Of a DNA stretch of 64,000 nt, positions 13,916 through 27,068 are shown piece after piece (position 1 is the stretch's first letter; the number at the start of each line of letters is the position of its first letter). Under the pieces are notes generated by a model that had not been told where the DNA came from, ran no database searches, and saw nothing but the letters and a program-made list of their open reading frames with translations. Position numbers and translations under genes: made by a program. The stretch comes from Octopus vulgaris (lineage: Eukaryota), in contig OX597828.1 of assembly GCA_951406725.2 (NCBI GenBank), positions 20,832,001 through 20,896,000 on the forward strand, read 5' to 3'.

Positions 13916-14212
13916 ACCACGTGACCGACCAGACCATCAGATGTTGTTACACATCGCTGGTCACAATGCGTTCGCATTGTTTTAGCCTTCGAATGACGCC
14001 ACCCTGCTGGCTAAGCGAGCAGGCCAACTGAAGAAAGAGTGAGAGAAAGAGTGGTGATGGAGTACAGCAGAGATCACCACCCCCTGCCGGAGCCTTGTGG
14101 TGCTTTTAGGTGTTTTCGCTCAATAAACACACACAACGCCCGGTCTGGGAATCGAAACCGCGATCCTACGACCGCAAGTCCGCTGCCCTAACCACTAGGT
14201 CATTACGCCTCC
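13913..14212 (-). mobile_element. SINE family C (tRNA-derived head)
   Basis: Reverse copy of the GGAGGCGCAATGGCC.AGTGGTTAGGGCAGCGGACT..GTTTCGATTCCC head and (TCACGTGA) tail, inserted in (TA)n. Confidence 0.9.
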
Positions 14213-15722
14213 ACACATATATATATATATATATATATATGTACATCACATGACCAACAGACCAATGGCTACTTCTACACACTTGATACGCTAAAACTGT
14301 TAGTATAATTCTTTCTAATTTTGACACAAGGCCAGCAATTTTTTTTTTTTTAGTAAGAAGTCGATTACATCAACTCTAGTACTCAATTGGTACATATTTT
14401 ATTGACCCCGAAAAAATGAAAGGCAAAGTTGACCTCAGTGGAATTTGAACTCAGAACATAACCAGCTAGAAGAAATACCACAAAGCATATTGTCTGGCAC
14501 AGTAACAATTCTGCCATCTCATCACTTTAACAAGACCATTAATCTTTTTATTGCTGTATTAATTTTAATCAATTAAATATTCTTTTGCACTCATTGCATT
14601 AAATATAAGATGCAGTCCAAGGATCGGAAAATTGGCCAACAATGACCCCTGGTGGGGTTTATGTGCCAATCCAAAGAGTCAATATTCCGACTCTATAAAA
14701 ATAATATGACTGAAATTTTATTGGCTTTCATCAATTTTGAGAAATATTTTCATTAAATTTCTTTAACCTTTTAGCATTTAAACTGGTCATATTCATATCT
14801 GGCTCAAATATTCTACCCATTTTATGGTCAAACCAACCAGATCCAGCCTCTCATACCTATCATACAATGTCATTCTAAATATAAGCAATTGCATCCTCAA
14901 ACTCTCAAAGTTATGAGATATTGCATGACCAATTAAAAATGATGTGATTAAATAGGCATTACAATTAATAATCTGAATACTAAGGAGTTAGATATTTCTT
15001 AATTAATTAAAACGTGATGACACAAACGAATGATGGAATTATTGCTTTTAAATCAAGAAATTTTTTATTCATTCAACTTTCTAGTTTCGTTTTAGAAATT
15101 ATATCATGAGCATCAGTAAGTTACCGGCAATTTCCTGAAAGGGTTCACAATAAAAAAAAGTTTGCTGACTCCTGCAGTAGTAGTTAGTGCTTTACTCTCA
15201 TGATCATAAAAGTCAAGGGTTCAATTCCTAGATTGGGTGGCATGTTGTGGCCTTCATTTCACTTCACTTCACATTGTTCCAGTGTTCCACGCTGTATGGG
15301 TGAGACTGACTTTACAGTGGCAAATTTTCTACAGCTGGATGCCTTTCCTGCCACCAAGCCTTACCTGTTTCCAAGCAATGTAGTATTTCCTCAAGGCCTA
15401 ACATATTTTCACATTTTCACAAAAGTTTTGAAATGAATGACACTGCTATATAACAGTCACATGGTGTCAAAACGAAGAGAGAGAAACATAGACTCACACA
15501 CACAAATATATACACACACACTCACATACATACATGCATACATACATATAAATAAACGTACAATGGGCTTCTTTCAGTTTCCTTCTACCAAATCCACTCA
15601 CAAGGCTTTGGTTGGCTCAAAACCATAGTAGAAGACATTTGCCCAAGGTGCCAGGAAGTGGGACTGAACCCAGAACCATGTGGTTAAGAAGCAAGCTTCT
15701 TACCACACAGCCACACCTGCAC

Positions 15723-15800
<78 letters not shown>

Positions 15801-16245
15801 GCATACACACATACAAACACACACACACACACACTTCGTACAATTTCAGAAGAGTCTTTCTCTCCCCACCGCAGTTCAATACTTGAATACTTTTACCTCA
15901 TTAGGGAGGAGGAAGAAGCGTTGAGGTGAGGTCTCCAGTTTGAGAACAAATTCCTTCCTCTCTTCCAACCAATACCGCTGTTACTATAATGGTGTTTGTG
16001 ATAAAGTGAGTGATAGCTGTCTTAAAATAAACCTGTTATTTTCTCTCTCTCTCTCTCTCTCTCTCTCTTTAGATAACTATGATTGGAAATTGAGTTATCA
16101 ATACCAATATCATGACTAATACATATTGACGTATCGAAGTGATTGGAGACTTTAATAATCAACAATAATAATACTGCAACAGATTTACACTTTGTGTCTG
16201 GGAGTGGAGAACAGAATTTCTCATGAGTCATAGCCGCAATGATGG

Positions 16246-16279
<34 letters not shown>

Positions 16280-16891
16280 TGCCATCATCATCATCATCAT
16301 CGTCGTCGTCATCACTTTCATCATGGAAGCCTCTAAGGGGTCATCCAAACATTTTAGACTGATACTTTTACTTTGTGTTAACCATCATGGCTAACGCCAT
16401 GATGGAGCAGTGCTGGAAATAGCAGCCAAGTCTCACTCTTGTCACACCCTACCATCTTCAAATGTAAGATATATTCTAGTGTATCAGTAGTCCAAGACAT
16501 AAATATCCTTTCTAGTAAAGGCACAAGGCCTGAAATTTCAAGGAAGGGACTAATCAACTACATTGACCCCGGTGTTTCACTGGTACTTAATTTATCGACC
16601 CCGAAAGGATGAAAGGCAAAGTCCACCTCAGCAGAATTTCAACTCAAAACATAAAGACAGATGGAATGCTGCTAAGTAAATTGCCCAGCATGTTAATAAT
16701 TCTGTCAGCTCGCCACCTTAATCCAAGACATAAATATTCTATGACATTTAAAAAATAAGACTGGATGGTCAAGAGTGGAATGCCTCTCATCATACACCAG
16801 TATGGCCCAGTAGTAAGATGTTTGTTTCCTACTCACATGGTTCTGTGCTTACAACTAACATTATTGCTTCTTCACTGTATAATTTATTTCT

Positions 16892-17119
16892 TTAACCCTT
16901 TAGTGTTTAAACCGGCCATATCCAGCCCAAATATTCTACATGTTTTATATTCAAACTGGCAATATCTAGCCTCTCACACCTACCCTACAATGTCATTCTA
17001 AAAATAAACAATCACATCAGTGAAACCTCAAAGCTGTAAGATAATCCAGGCTTAATTCAAAACATTTTGAGTGAAAAAGTATTACATTTAACAGAGTAAT
17101 CTGAACACTAAAGGGTTAA
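16892..17119. mobile_element. piggyBac-type MITE family 1
   Basis: TTAA|CCCTTTAGTGTT..AACACTAAAGGG|TTAA. Other copies at 14763-14991, 35772-35999 (inverted) and 40063-40290. Confidence 0.85.
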
Positions 17120-17311
17120 TTAAATTTTCTGATGCCCCCTGCATTAAATATTTTAACACTAACTTACTAATTTGCTAGTCTTACTAAAAGTGAGTTATTT
17201 CCCTCCTGATACTCCCTCTTGTTGGAGGACAGGAAATACACAACAGACCACAAGATTCTTTAATTTTGTACTCAGTACATCAAAATATTCTTGTGTGGAG
17301 TTGTGTAAAGA

Positions 17312-17617
17312 GTAACCTTTGATCACAAATGACCATGGGATTGCACCTAGAAAGTTACCCTTTGAGGCACAAGTCCAGGCAAGATTATTTATGGAAGACC
17401 AGCAGTTGCCCATGCATACCAGCCTCCCCTCTCTATGCCACCGATGTAATCCAAGATGAAAGGCAAAGGTCAATACAGCTTGGCACCTGTGATGTCGCAA
17501 CTCATTTCTACGGATGAGTGAACTGGAGCAACGTGAAATAAAGTGTCTTACTCAAGGACACAACGCAAAGCCCAGTCCAGGAATCGAACTCACTACCTCT
17601 TGACTGTGAGCCCAACG
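17312..17617 (-). mobile_element. SINE family D, 5'-truncated, about 65 bp into intron 2
   Basis: B box GAGTTCGATTCC followed by CTTGAG.AAGACACTTTATTTCACGTTGCTCCAGTTCAC. Confidence 0.85.
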
Positions 17618-17683
17618 TACGTCCGCACAAAAACGAGTGTAACGGATGAGATGAAGAACTTGCTGAAGATTTGATTTACTTAC

Positions 17684-17752
17684 CCTTTCCATTTCAACGA
17701 AGTCATCGTCAAGTTCTGTTCCTTTAGCACCGCCGATCTTTTCGCTCATATA
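17684..17752 (-). CDS. EndoA: Endophilin A (SH3GL1/2/3-type N-BAR protein), internal coding exon equivalent to exon 2
   Basis: Minus strand reads ttctctcttctttacAG|TATATGAGCGAAAAG...ATGGAAAGG|GTAAGT: 69 nt, phase 0/0, YMSEKIGGAKGTELDDDFVEMER. It matches recalled endophilin A N-termini (fly [23 protein letters not shown]; human [23 protein letters not shown]). The next exon (..LQPNP) was not seen in the window. Confidence 0.93.
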
Positions 17753-17754
17753 CT

Positions 17755-18290
17755 GTAAAGAAGAGAGAAAGGGAGAGAGATAAGAAAGGATAACGACATA
17801 GTTGGATGGAGGGAGAGAGAGAGAGAGAGAGAAGGAGAGAAGGTAAAAGGGTTGTCTTGATACTGAAAGAAAAGAGAGAGAATTTGGAAGAGGCTGAAAG
17901 AGACTTTAAGACAGACAGACAGACAGACGAACAGATAGCTAGAATGATGAGAAACAGAGATGGTAAAAGATGGAGGATAATGAAGCTAGATGGAGATGGA
18001 AAATAGGAACTAAGATACAGAGAGGGGGGGAATGGGAGAAAGAGAGGGGGAGAGAGAAAGGGAGAGAAATAGAGAAGGGAGAAAGAGAGAGAAAAGGAGA
18101 GAAAGAGAGAGATGGAAAGAGAGGGGGAAGAGAAAGAGAGAGGGAGGAGAGAAAGAGAGAGGGAGGGAGAGAAATAGAAAGGGAGAGAAAGCGAGAGGGA
18201 CCGAAAGACAGAGGGAGAGAAAGAAAGAGGGGAGGAGAGAAAAAGACAAAGAGAGACTACAAAAGACAGACAGACAGACAGACAAATATA
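17755..18290. repeat. GA-rich tract forming an extended polypyrimidine region upstream of the exon acceptor on the sense strand
   Basis: Mostly purines on the + strand. No sense-strand AG occurs for about 100 nt upstream of the acceptor. Confidence 0.85.
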
Positions 18291-18492
18291 TAGAATGAGG
18301 AAAAAACAAAAAAGAAAAACAATATAAAAACAATATACAAGAAAGACAAGGGAAACAAAAGGCAATAATGGGAGAAATTAATTAGTTATGGCATAATTAA
18401 CAAGATAATAATCAGAGAGAGAGAAATAGATTATGAAACAAAAAAGAAGAATGCAAACAATACAAAGCCTGAGAAACAATTATACCGATAAC

Positions 18493-18527
<35 letters not shown>

Positions 18528-18865
18528 GAATGTGTGTGTGCTGATATGACACCTTCAACAATCCATGATCAGTGAAAGTTCAAAGTCAATGTCGTCAGTA
18601 AGCTGTTAAACTCTACACATGTATTGAGTTCTACACTTGGTCGACATTTGTTGCTTACATGCTTTTCTTGTTTTCTAAATAAAATACTTATTTTTTCCAT
18701 GCTGGCATGGGTTGGATGGTTTGGCAGGAGCTGGCAAGGCTAGGAGCCACACCAGGGTTCACAGTGTTTTTTTCTGGGTTTCTACAGCAGGATGCTCTCC
18801 CCTAATGCCAACCACTTTACAGAGCATACTGGGTGCTTTTTATGTGACACACACCAGCATGTGTA

Positions 18866-19079
18866 TGAGAGTGTGCTGAAAAGTTCCTGGCTTTGGGTAA
18901 AAGAAAATACAGGAGGATCAGTTAATTATGGTTTTACTCAACATATTCCCCTCTCAAATTCAGACACTTATGGCAGTGGTCCTCCAGTTTTTCTAAGACC
19001 TGTAAAAGAACTCAGAAGATTGGGCCTTCAGCCAGGCTTTTCACAATACCCTTGAAGCCAGAAACTTTACAACTGGCCC

Positions 19080-19083
<4 letters not shown>
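18866..19083. mobile_element. Tc1/mariner-type MITE
   Basis: TA flanks and TIRs TGAGAGTGTGCTGAAAAGTTCCTGGCTT / AAGCCAGAAACTTT..CCCCTCA. A half copy lies at about 60865-60968. Confidence 0.75.
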
Positions 19084-19123
<40 letters not shown>

Positions 19124-19256
19124 TCAAAATAAAAACATGATGCCAAGGATTCAGCGGTACAATATTTTTTAAATTTTTATTTTGATTAATATACCCTACC
19201 ACCTACATCATTAATGGTATATACAGGTGCTTACAATTATCAAGTATTCACCCTGA

Positions 19257-19292
<36 letters not shown>

Positions 19293-20006
19293 ACATATAT
19301 ATAAGAATATATATATTCTTTTACTTGTTCCATGCTGGAGCACCACCTTTAGTAGAGCCAATTGACCCCAGGGCTTATTCTTTGTAAGCCTAGTATTTAA
19401 TCTATTGGGCTCTTTTGCTGAACCACTAAGTTACGGGGACATAAACACACCAACATTGGTTGTCAAGCGATGCTGAGGGGACAAACACACACACGCACAT
19501 ACACACACACATACATATACATATATATATATATATATATATATGACGGGCTTCACCAAATCCACTCACAAGGCTTTGGTCGGCCCGAGGCTATAGTAGA
19601 AGACACTTGCCCAAGGTGCCACGCACAATCATATACTCAAAGAAACACACACACAAACATATACACAAACACACACACACACTCATAAACATATACACAA
19701 AGACACACATATATGATGGATTGCTTTCAGTTTACCAGAAAAATGATGATGGTGATGATGATGATGATGATAAGAATGGTTATTTATGAGTGGTAATCTG
19801 TGAAAAGGAGTAATAGGCGCATACATTAATGTTAAATTTCTAGATTCATTATTTCATTTGATAATTTTAAAGTTTATCAGATAATTGCTGTCCTTAGTCA
19901 CCATGTAATTGGAGTATTGAACTTATGAAGGCTAGAATTTAACATACTAGTGCACACACATACACACACACATATTTATATATACATATATATATATATA
20001 TATATA

Positions 20007-20448
20007 GGTGCAGGAGTGGCTGTGTGGTAAGTAGCTTGCTTACCAACCACATGGTCCCGGGTTCAGTCCCACAGCGTGGCACCTTGGGCAAGTGTTTTCT
20101 ACCAAAGCCTTGGACCGACCAAAGCCTTGTGAGTGGATTTGGTAGACGGAAACTGAAAGAAGTCTGTTGTATATATGTATATATATATATGTATATATAT
20201 ATATGTATATATATATATGTATATATGTGTACGTGTATGTTTGTGTGTCTGTGTTTGTCCCCCTAGCATTGCTTGACAACCGATGCTGGTGTGTTTATGT
20301 CCCCGTCACTTAGCAGTTCGGCAAAAGAGACCGATAGAATAAGTACTGGGCTTACAAAGAATAAGTCCCGGGGTCGAGTTGCTCGATTAAAGGCGGTGCT
20401 CCAGCATGGCCGCAGTCAAATGACTGAAACAAGTAAAAGATAGAAAGA
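20007..20448 (+). mobile_element. SINE family A
   Basis: Full-length copy, with neighbours at 19315-19625 (-) and 21965-22352 (-). Confidence 0.9.
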
Positions 20449-21175
20449 GATATGTACACACACACACACACACACACACACACTTACACACTCGCTTGCA
20501 CACACATACACACACTGGAGTCTGGTGCAGCTTGTCAGCTTGTCAGCTCTGTTGAAACCATCCAATCCATGCCAGCATAGATGACAAGCATTAAATGATG
20601 ATGATGATGATGATGATGATATCATCATCATCATCGTTTAACATCCGTTCACCATGCTAGCATGGGTTGGACGGTTCGACCGGGGATCTGGGAAGCCAGA
20701 AGGCTGCACCAGGCTCCAGTCTTATCTGGCAATGTTTCTACAGCTGGATGCTCTTCCTAATGCCAACCACTCCGTGAGAGTAGTGGGTGCTTTTTACGTA
20801 TACATACATACATATTTGTGTAAGTTTACAAAATTAGAAATTTATTTCATGCGTCGTGGAATTCTTCAGAACTTATTGAAGAAAAACTTATTGTTGGATT
20901 TTAGTAAGATAAGGGAGAGAAGTAAAAAAAAAAAAAAAAAAAAAGAGACAAAAAGGATGGAGTGAAGAAGAATGTAAGTCTTTTGAGAAATCTTCGAAAA
21001 CCAGGAAGAGAGAAACAAAAAGAAATGTTCCTGAATGAAGAATTAAAAATAAAAGAACATTAACTACTAAAGCATTATAATAATAATAATAATAATTTAT
21101 TCTTTTTATTTTTAATTTTTTTTATTTTTATAATTTTTATTTTTATTTTTTTTTTATTTTTAATTATTATTATTA

Positions 21176-21231
<56 letters not shown>

Positions 21232-22630
21232 AATAAAGATGTGTCTCAAAAAAAATATTTATAAAAACCTAAGTTTCTTAAGTCACGTTTCTTAAACAAG
21301 ACTTAATAGTACATAAGCTGACTTTAGCATAAAATACAAGTATCCATCCACCTAAACCCACATGAACCTGCAGTAACTCAAATTTTAATCCGATATTTAA
21401 TTTTGAATTTTACTCTACGCGAGATTATATTTAAATCTATTGCATGTGTCTATTTTTATTTATTTATTTATTTATTTATTTCATGTATTATTAGCGTATT
21501 CATTTATATTTTTTTTATAACTGGTTTCTTTTCTTACAAGGTACGACAACCCCACCCCATCCTAATAATTATTCCGTACTATTATTCTATTCCATGAACG
21601 TACAACATTTACCTGTTCGTTGCGGTTTATTTCATTTCTTGTAAGTTAATGTTTTTGTTTTGTTTTTTATGCAGGTACGTGAAAGATTAGAAGCGTGTCT
21701 ATGTGCCTGCCTGTAAATATTTAACCGTAGCTATATGGTACAAGTGTGTGTGCGTGTGTGTATGTTTATGTATATGCATGTATACACAAACACACACACA
21801 CACACATATAAATAAACACACACACACATATATATATAAACACACACACACACAGTGGTACAGAAGTACTTTTAACATTTAAAAGCTACAAGTTTTGCTT
21901 TTTATTTCATTTTGATACGTTTTTTTTTTAATATATCTTTAATGCTATTTTTGTTATTTCATATTTATTCTTTTATTTGTTTCAGTCATTTGGCTGTGGC
22001 CATGCTGGAGCACCACCTTTAGTCGAACAAATCAACCGCAGGACTTATTCTTTGTAAGCCTAGTACTTATTCTATTGGTCTCTTTTGCCGAACTGCTAAG
22101 TTACAGGGACGTAAACACACCAGCATCGGTTGTCAAGCAATGGTGCAGGGGACAAACACGCACAAACACACGCATATATATACGACACACTTCTTATATA
22201 TATATGACAGGCTTCTTTCAGTTTCTGTCTACCAAATCTACTCACAATGTTTGGTCGGTCTGAGGCTAAAGTGCCCAAGATGCCAGGCAGAGGGACTGAA
22301 CCCAGAACCATGTGGTTGGTAAGCAAGCTACTTACTACACAGCCACTCCTGCACACACACACACACATTTATTTTACAAATAAAGGGACTACAACAAACC
22401 CAAATGTGTTCAGCTCCCTTCCTCCCTTTCTGATGTTAATCACAACCAGCTTTGCATAGGAGTAATCATATTCTATTGAGTTTTCCACTCTGTTATCCAC
22501 TGATGAAGGGACCACACTAATTACTTTTCTGTTGCAATGCTAGGAACATAAACTTGCATCCAGGGAAGAAATTAAATATATTCAGAAGAGTACCTTTCGT
22601 TTGATATTTAATTTTCTAGTCTCCTGTCAC

Positions 22631-23115
22631 TTAACCCTTTTGTTACTGTATTTATTTTGAGATGCTCTGTGTTTCATTCAATTACTTTAAATATAACAAA
22701 GAATTTAGTAATATAACTTAGTTATCATTCCAGTTCTATATTTAAGAGATGAGGAATTATGTACATTATTTACATTTGACAGATATTTGTCCTCATCTTG
22801 TTTGTTGTTAACACGTTTCAGCTGATATACCTTCCAGCTTTCATCAGGTGTCATGGGGAAATTTTGAACTTGGGTTCTCATTCCTAAGGTATTTTTCGAT
22901 ATTATTATTATTATTATTATCATTATTATTCAGGTCAATGCCTGGAATTGAACTTGGAATCTTGGGGTTAATAACCCGCACTCTTAACCACTCATTCTGC
23001 TAGTATTAGGAACATAAATTATGACTAAGGTTTGGTGGAAGATTTTAATTCAAAACTTATGAAAACAAGACATTTGTATTCAGAGCCGGTTTCAGCCGGG
23101 TTGATAACGAAAGGG
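22631..23115. mobile_element. piggyBac-type MITE family 2 (host of an HH family 1 insertion)
   Basis: TTAA|CCCTTTTGTTA..TAACGAAAGGG. Diverged relatives at about 8775-9009, 34367-34608 and 53420-53667. Confidence 0.7.
22731..22991 (-). mobile_element. HH family 1 monomer inserted in a piggyBac-type MITE
   Basis: tRNA-like head, (ATA)n, hammerhead motif at 22810-22852, and the same 3' end as 60371. Flanked by TCATTC direct repeats at 22725-22730 and 22992-22997. Confidence 0.8.
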
Positions 23116-23521
23116 TGCGTGTGTGTGTGTGTGTGTCATCATCCTCATCATCATCATCATTTAATGTACATTGTTCATGCTGACATGGGTTGGATGGTTC
23201 GACTGGGCTGGCATGCTGGAAGGCTGCACCACACTCCAGTCTTGTTTGGTATGGTTTTCTACAGCTGGATGCCCTTCCGAATGCCAACCACTCCGAGAGT
23301 GAAATGGGTGCTTTTACATGCCACCGACATGGGTGCTGATGGCATGACACCGGAATGTGTTTACATGCCACTGGAATGGGTGCCAATTTGCATGGCACCA
23401 GTATCTGCTACAAGTGCAATTTTGTACGTCTTGATGGGTCTTCTTCTCAAGCACGACACAATGCCAAAGGTCTGGGTCATTGACTCTGTGAGGCCCAAAA
23501 CTTGAAAGGAAAAGGAATATA

Positions 23522-23677
23522 TACATGTTTCTTTTCTGTGTATCTTTCTGTTGAAGAGCATAGGCTCGAAACGGAAAAGACTTGTTTTATTTCTATTCCT
23601 GAGCGCCATACTAATACAATTGTTTGTTTGTACTCCACCTGCCTTCGTCTTTTGTTTATTTTTGTAAAGCTTCCTGT

Positions 23678-23680
<3 letters not shown>
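23522..23680 (+). mobile_element. HH family 2 second copy (motif 23543-23580)
   Basis: Nearly identical to 60540-60697, with the cleavage triplet changed to GGA. A related tail-only copy lies at about 52135-52233 (-). Confidence 0.7.
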
Positions 23681-23709
<29 letters not shown>

Positions 23710-24851
23710 TATGTGTGTGTGTGTGTCTTGTATTTTTGTCTATCCCCTGCCACCACTTGACAACCAGTGTTGGTTTGTTTACATCCCTGAAACTTAGCAG
23801 TTTGGCAAAAGAGACCTATCGAGTTAGTATTAGGTTTCAAAACAAAGAAAGAGTATAGGGTCAGTCATTTCACTAAAACCCCTTCAAGGCAGTGCCCCAG
23901 CATGGCCACAGTCCATTGATTAAAACAAGTAACAGAGAGATAGATAGATAGATAGATAGATAGCTAGATTAGACAGACAGACAGATAGAGAGATAGACAG
24001 AGATAGACAGACAGACAGACAGACAGATAGACAGAGATAGGTTTGACAGACAGGCAGAGATAGACAGACAGACAGACAGACAAATAGATAGTGAGGTTAT
24101 TGCCAGTGCCGCTGGACTGACTCCTGTGCAGGTGGCCGTTGCCAGAACTGCCAGACTAGATAGTGTGGCCGTTGCCAGTACCGCCAGACTGGCCCTCGTG
24201 CCAGTGGCACATAAAAGCACCCACTACACTCTCGGAGTGGTTGGCAATAGGAAGGGTATCCAGCTGTAGAAACTCTGCCAGATCAGATTGGAGCCTGGTG
24301 CAGCCATCTGGTTTGCCAGTCCTCAGTCAAATCATTCAACCCATGCTAGCATGGAAAGCGGACGTTAATTGGTGATGATGATGATATATATATATATATA
24401 TACATATCTATACACACACGCACACACATATATATTCTCACCCATGCCAGCACAGAAGGCAGGTGTTAAACGATGAGGATGATGATGATGATATATAACT
24501 CCTGCTATTGCTCTCTAGGTGTCACCCCACACCACTCTCAACCACTGTTACCTGCTGACTGTAATGTGTCTGCCTACTTCCCCAGCCCCATCAATCTCTC
24601 CACTCCACCCTCTCTTCCAATCTCTCTCTCTCTATCTCCCACTAACTCTAATTATTCACTCCTACCATTATAAAATCCTATTTACCAGATTAACCAGAAA
24701 AATCTACCATTTAAAGGATTACCCAACTTAACTGTACATTGATGTACACATAGCTGAGTCCATATATATGCATATGTATGTATATATATATACATACATA
24801 TATATATACATATATATATATACATATATATATATACATATATATATATAC

Positions 24852-24920
<69 letters not shown>

Positions 24921-25112
24921 TGTATATATATATATACATACATATATATATATATATAAGACTATTTGCCAACATGTATGTATGTACATATGTATGTATG
25001 TACATATGTATGTATGTATATATGTGCATGTGTGTCTAGTTCTTAAAAACACATCACTAGAATCAAAGCTGTCAAGTCATGCAACATCCCATATTATACA
25101 CGGATATATATA

Positions 25113-25161
<49 letters not shown>

Positions 25162-25527
25162 ACACACACTCACACACACACACACACACAGATATATATA
25201 CATGCATGTGTATGTATGTGTAAATGCATACACACAAACATACATACACACACACACATGATATAATGGTTTGAAATTTTAGCACCAGGTCAGCAGTCTT
25301 GAGTGGTGGGAGTTGGTCGATTACGTAACTTCAGTGTGCTCAACTGGTGCATCGTTTTATCAACCTTGAAAGGATGAAAGGCAAAGTTGGGCCTAGTAGG
25401 ATTTGAACTCAAAGCGTAAAGATCCAAAAGAAATTCTGTCGGATATTCTTGCAGCAATCTGACAATTTTGCCAGCACTGCCATAAATAAATAAATAAATA
25501 TATAAATAATAACTCTTTCCTCTATAA

Positions 25528-25938
25528 CAGAGGGTCACCAAACTACAGCCTGCGAGGTCAATTCATCCAGCTCACCACCACACAGTACCTTTTGTGTAGG
25601 TACCTACAATGAGAGTTCATTTGCCTCTGGTAAGGCATCAGTGTTTGGAACAACTTATGTCTGAGAGCAGTCATTTTCAAAAATGAAGAATGTGAAGTCA
25701 GAACATCGGACAAGGTTGACTTTTTTTACTCTTTTACTTGTTTCAGTCATTTGACTGAGGCCATGCTGGAGCACCACCTTTAGTCAATCAAGCAAATAAC
25801 CCTGGGACTTATTTTTTGTAAGCCTAGTACTTATTCTATCAGTATCTTTTGCCGAACTGCTACGTTACAGAGACATAAACACACCAGCATCGGTTGTCAA
25901 GCGATGTTGGGGGAACAAACACGGACACACAAACATAT

Positions 25939-26005
<67 letters not shown>

Positions 26006-26507
26006 CGATGGGCTTCTTTCAGTTTCCGTCTACCAAATCCACTCACAAGGCTTTGGTTGGCCTGAGGCTATAGTAGAAGGCACTTGCCCAAGGTGCCATG
26101 CAGTGGGACTGAACCCGGAACCATGTGGTTCGTAAGCAAGCTACTTTACCACACAGCCACTCCTACGCCTACGCCTGATGAACATTTGAAAGCAATTCTC
26201 TTGGTTGGATGCAGCAATTCCAAAGCAAATATTGATGATATCTTAAAAGCTAAACATCAGTTCCACAAATCTCACTAACCTTTTTTGCTGCTTAGTTTGT
26301 GAGATACAGATATGTGCACACTCGGTATGATATAACTATTTTATTGCTAACGTCACCTTCTTTGATAAGATTTTGGTAAATAAATATATTGGTTCTCTTT
26401 ATTTTTTTGTGTATTCACTATTGTATTGAACAAAATGGTTATGCAGCCTGCACTCATCATAATCTCAGTTATCTAATCCACTGTGAAAAAAAGTTGGGTG
26501 ACCCTTG
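25528..26507 (+). mobile_element. hAT (Charlie-type) internally deleted transposon with transposase C-terminal relic
   Basis: TIRs CAGAGGGTCACCAAACT / AGTTGGGTGACCCTTG. Perfect 8-bp TSD CTCTATAA (25520-25527, 26508-26515). Peptide SVFGTTYV*EQSFSKMKNVKSEHRTRLT|DEHLKAILLVG..HKSH*. Confidence 0.92.
25722..26175 (-). mobile_element. SINE family A inside a hAT transposase relic
   Basis: Full-length copy splitting the codons RLT|DEH. Confidence 0.9.
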
Positions 26508-27026
26508 CTCTATAATAACAAAGCCTGAAATTTAGAGGAAGTCAACGCCAGAGGAATTTGAATTCAGAACTGAAAGACAGATGAAATGCCACTGAGAATG
26601 TTGAGAGGGAAGGCTGAAAATTCTACCAGCTCACTACCTGAAGAATAATAACAATAATGGTTTCAAATTTTGGCACAAGGCCAGCAATTTCAAGGGAGAG
26701 GACAAGCTGATTTGGACAACTTACTGCTTTAAAAACAATAATAAAAATAATAATAACAATAATAATAATAATAATAATAATAATAGTAATAATAATAATA
26801 ATAATAATTCTTTCTACTTGGAAGCACAAGGCCTCAAATTTGGGGAAAGGGATTAAGTTGATTACATTGACCCCAGTGCATAACTGGCACTTATTTAATC
26901 AACCCCGAAAGGATGAAAGGCAAAGTCAACCTCGGCGGAATTTGAACTCAGAATGTAAGGTCAGACCAAATGCTGCTAAGCTTTTTGTCCAGCATGTTAA
27001 CGATTCTACCAACTCACCACCTTCAA

Positions 27027-27068
<42 letters not shown>

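Noticed and set aside
14615-15175. Possible hAT MITE ends
   Set aside because: The ends are decayed and no matching 8-bp TSD was found.
17552-17683. ORF extension beyond ..FVEMER
   Set aside because: Similarity ends exactly at a GTAAGT donor, and the ORF runs into a SINE.
21520-21680. Two polypyrimidine-AG|GT motifs resembling recursive splice sites, and a minus-strand CAG|GTAAAT donor
   Set aside because: The AG|GT motifs are antisense to the gene. The frame leading to the donor has an upstream stop and no ATG.
22438-22460. Resemblance to miR-2 (ATCACAACCAGCTTTG)
   Set aside because: Seed mismatch and no complementary hairpin arm.
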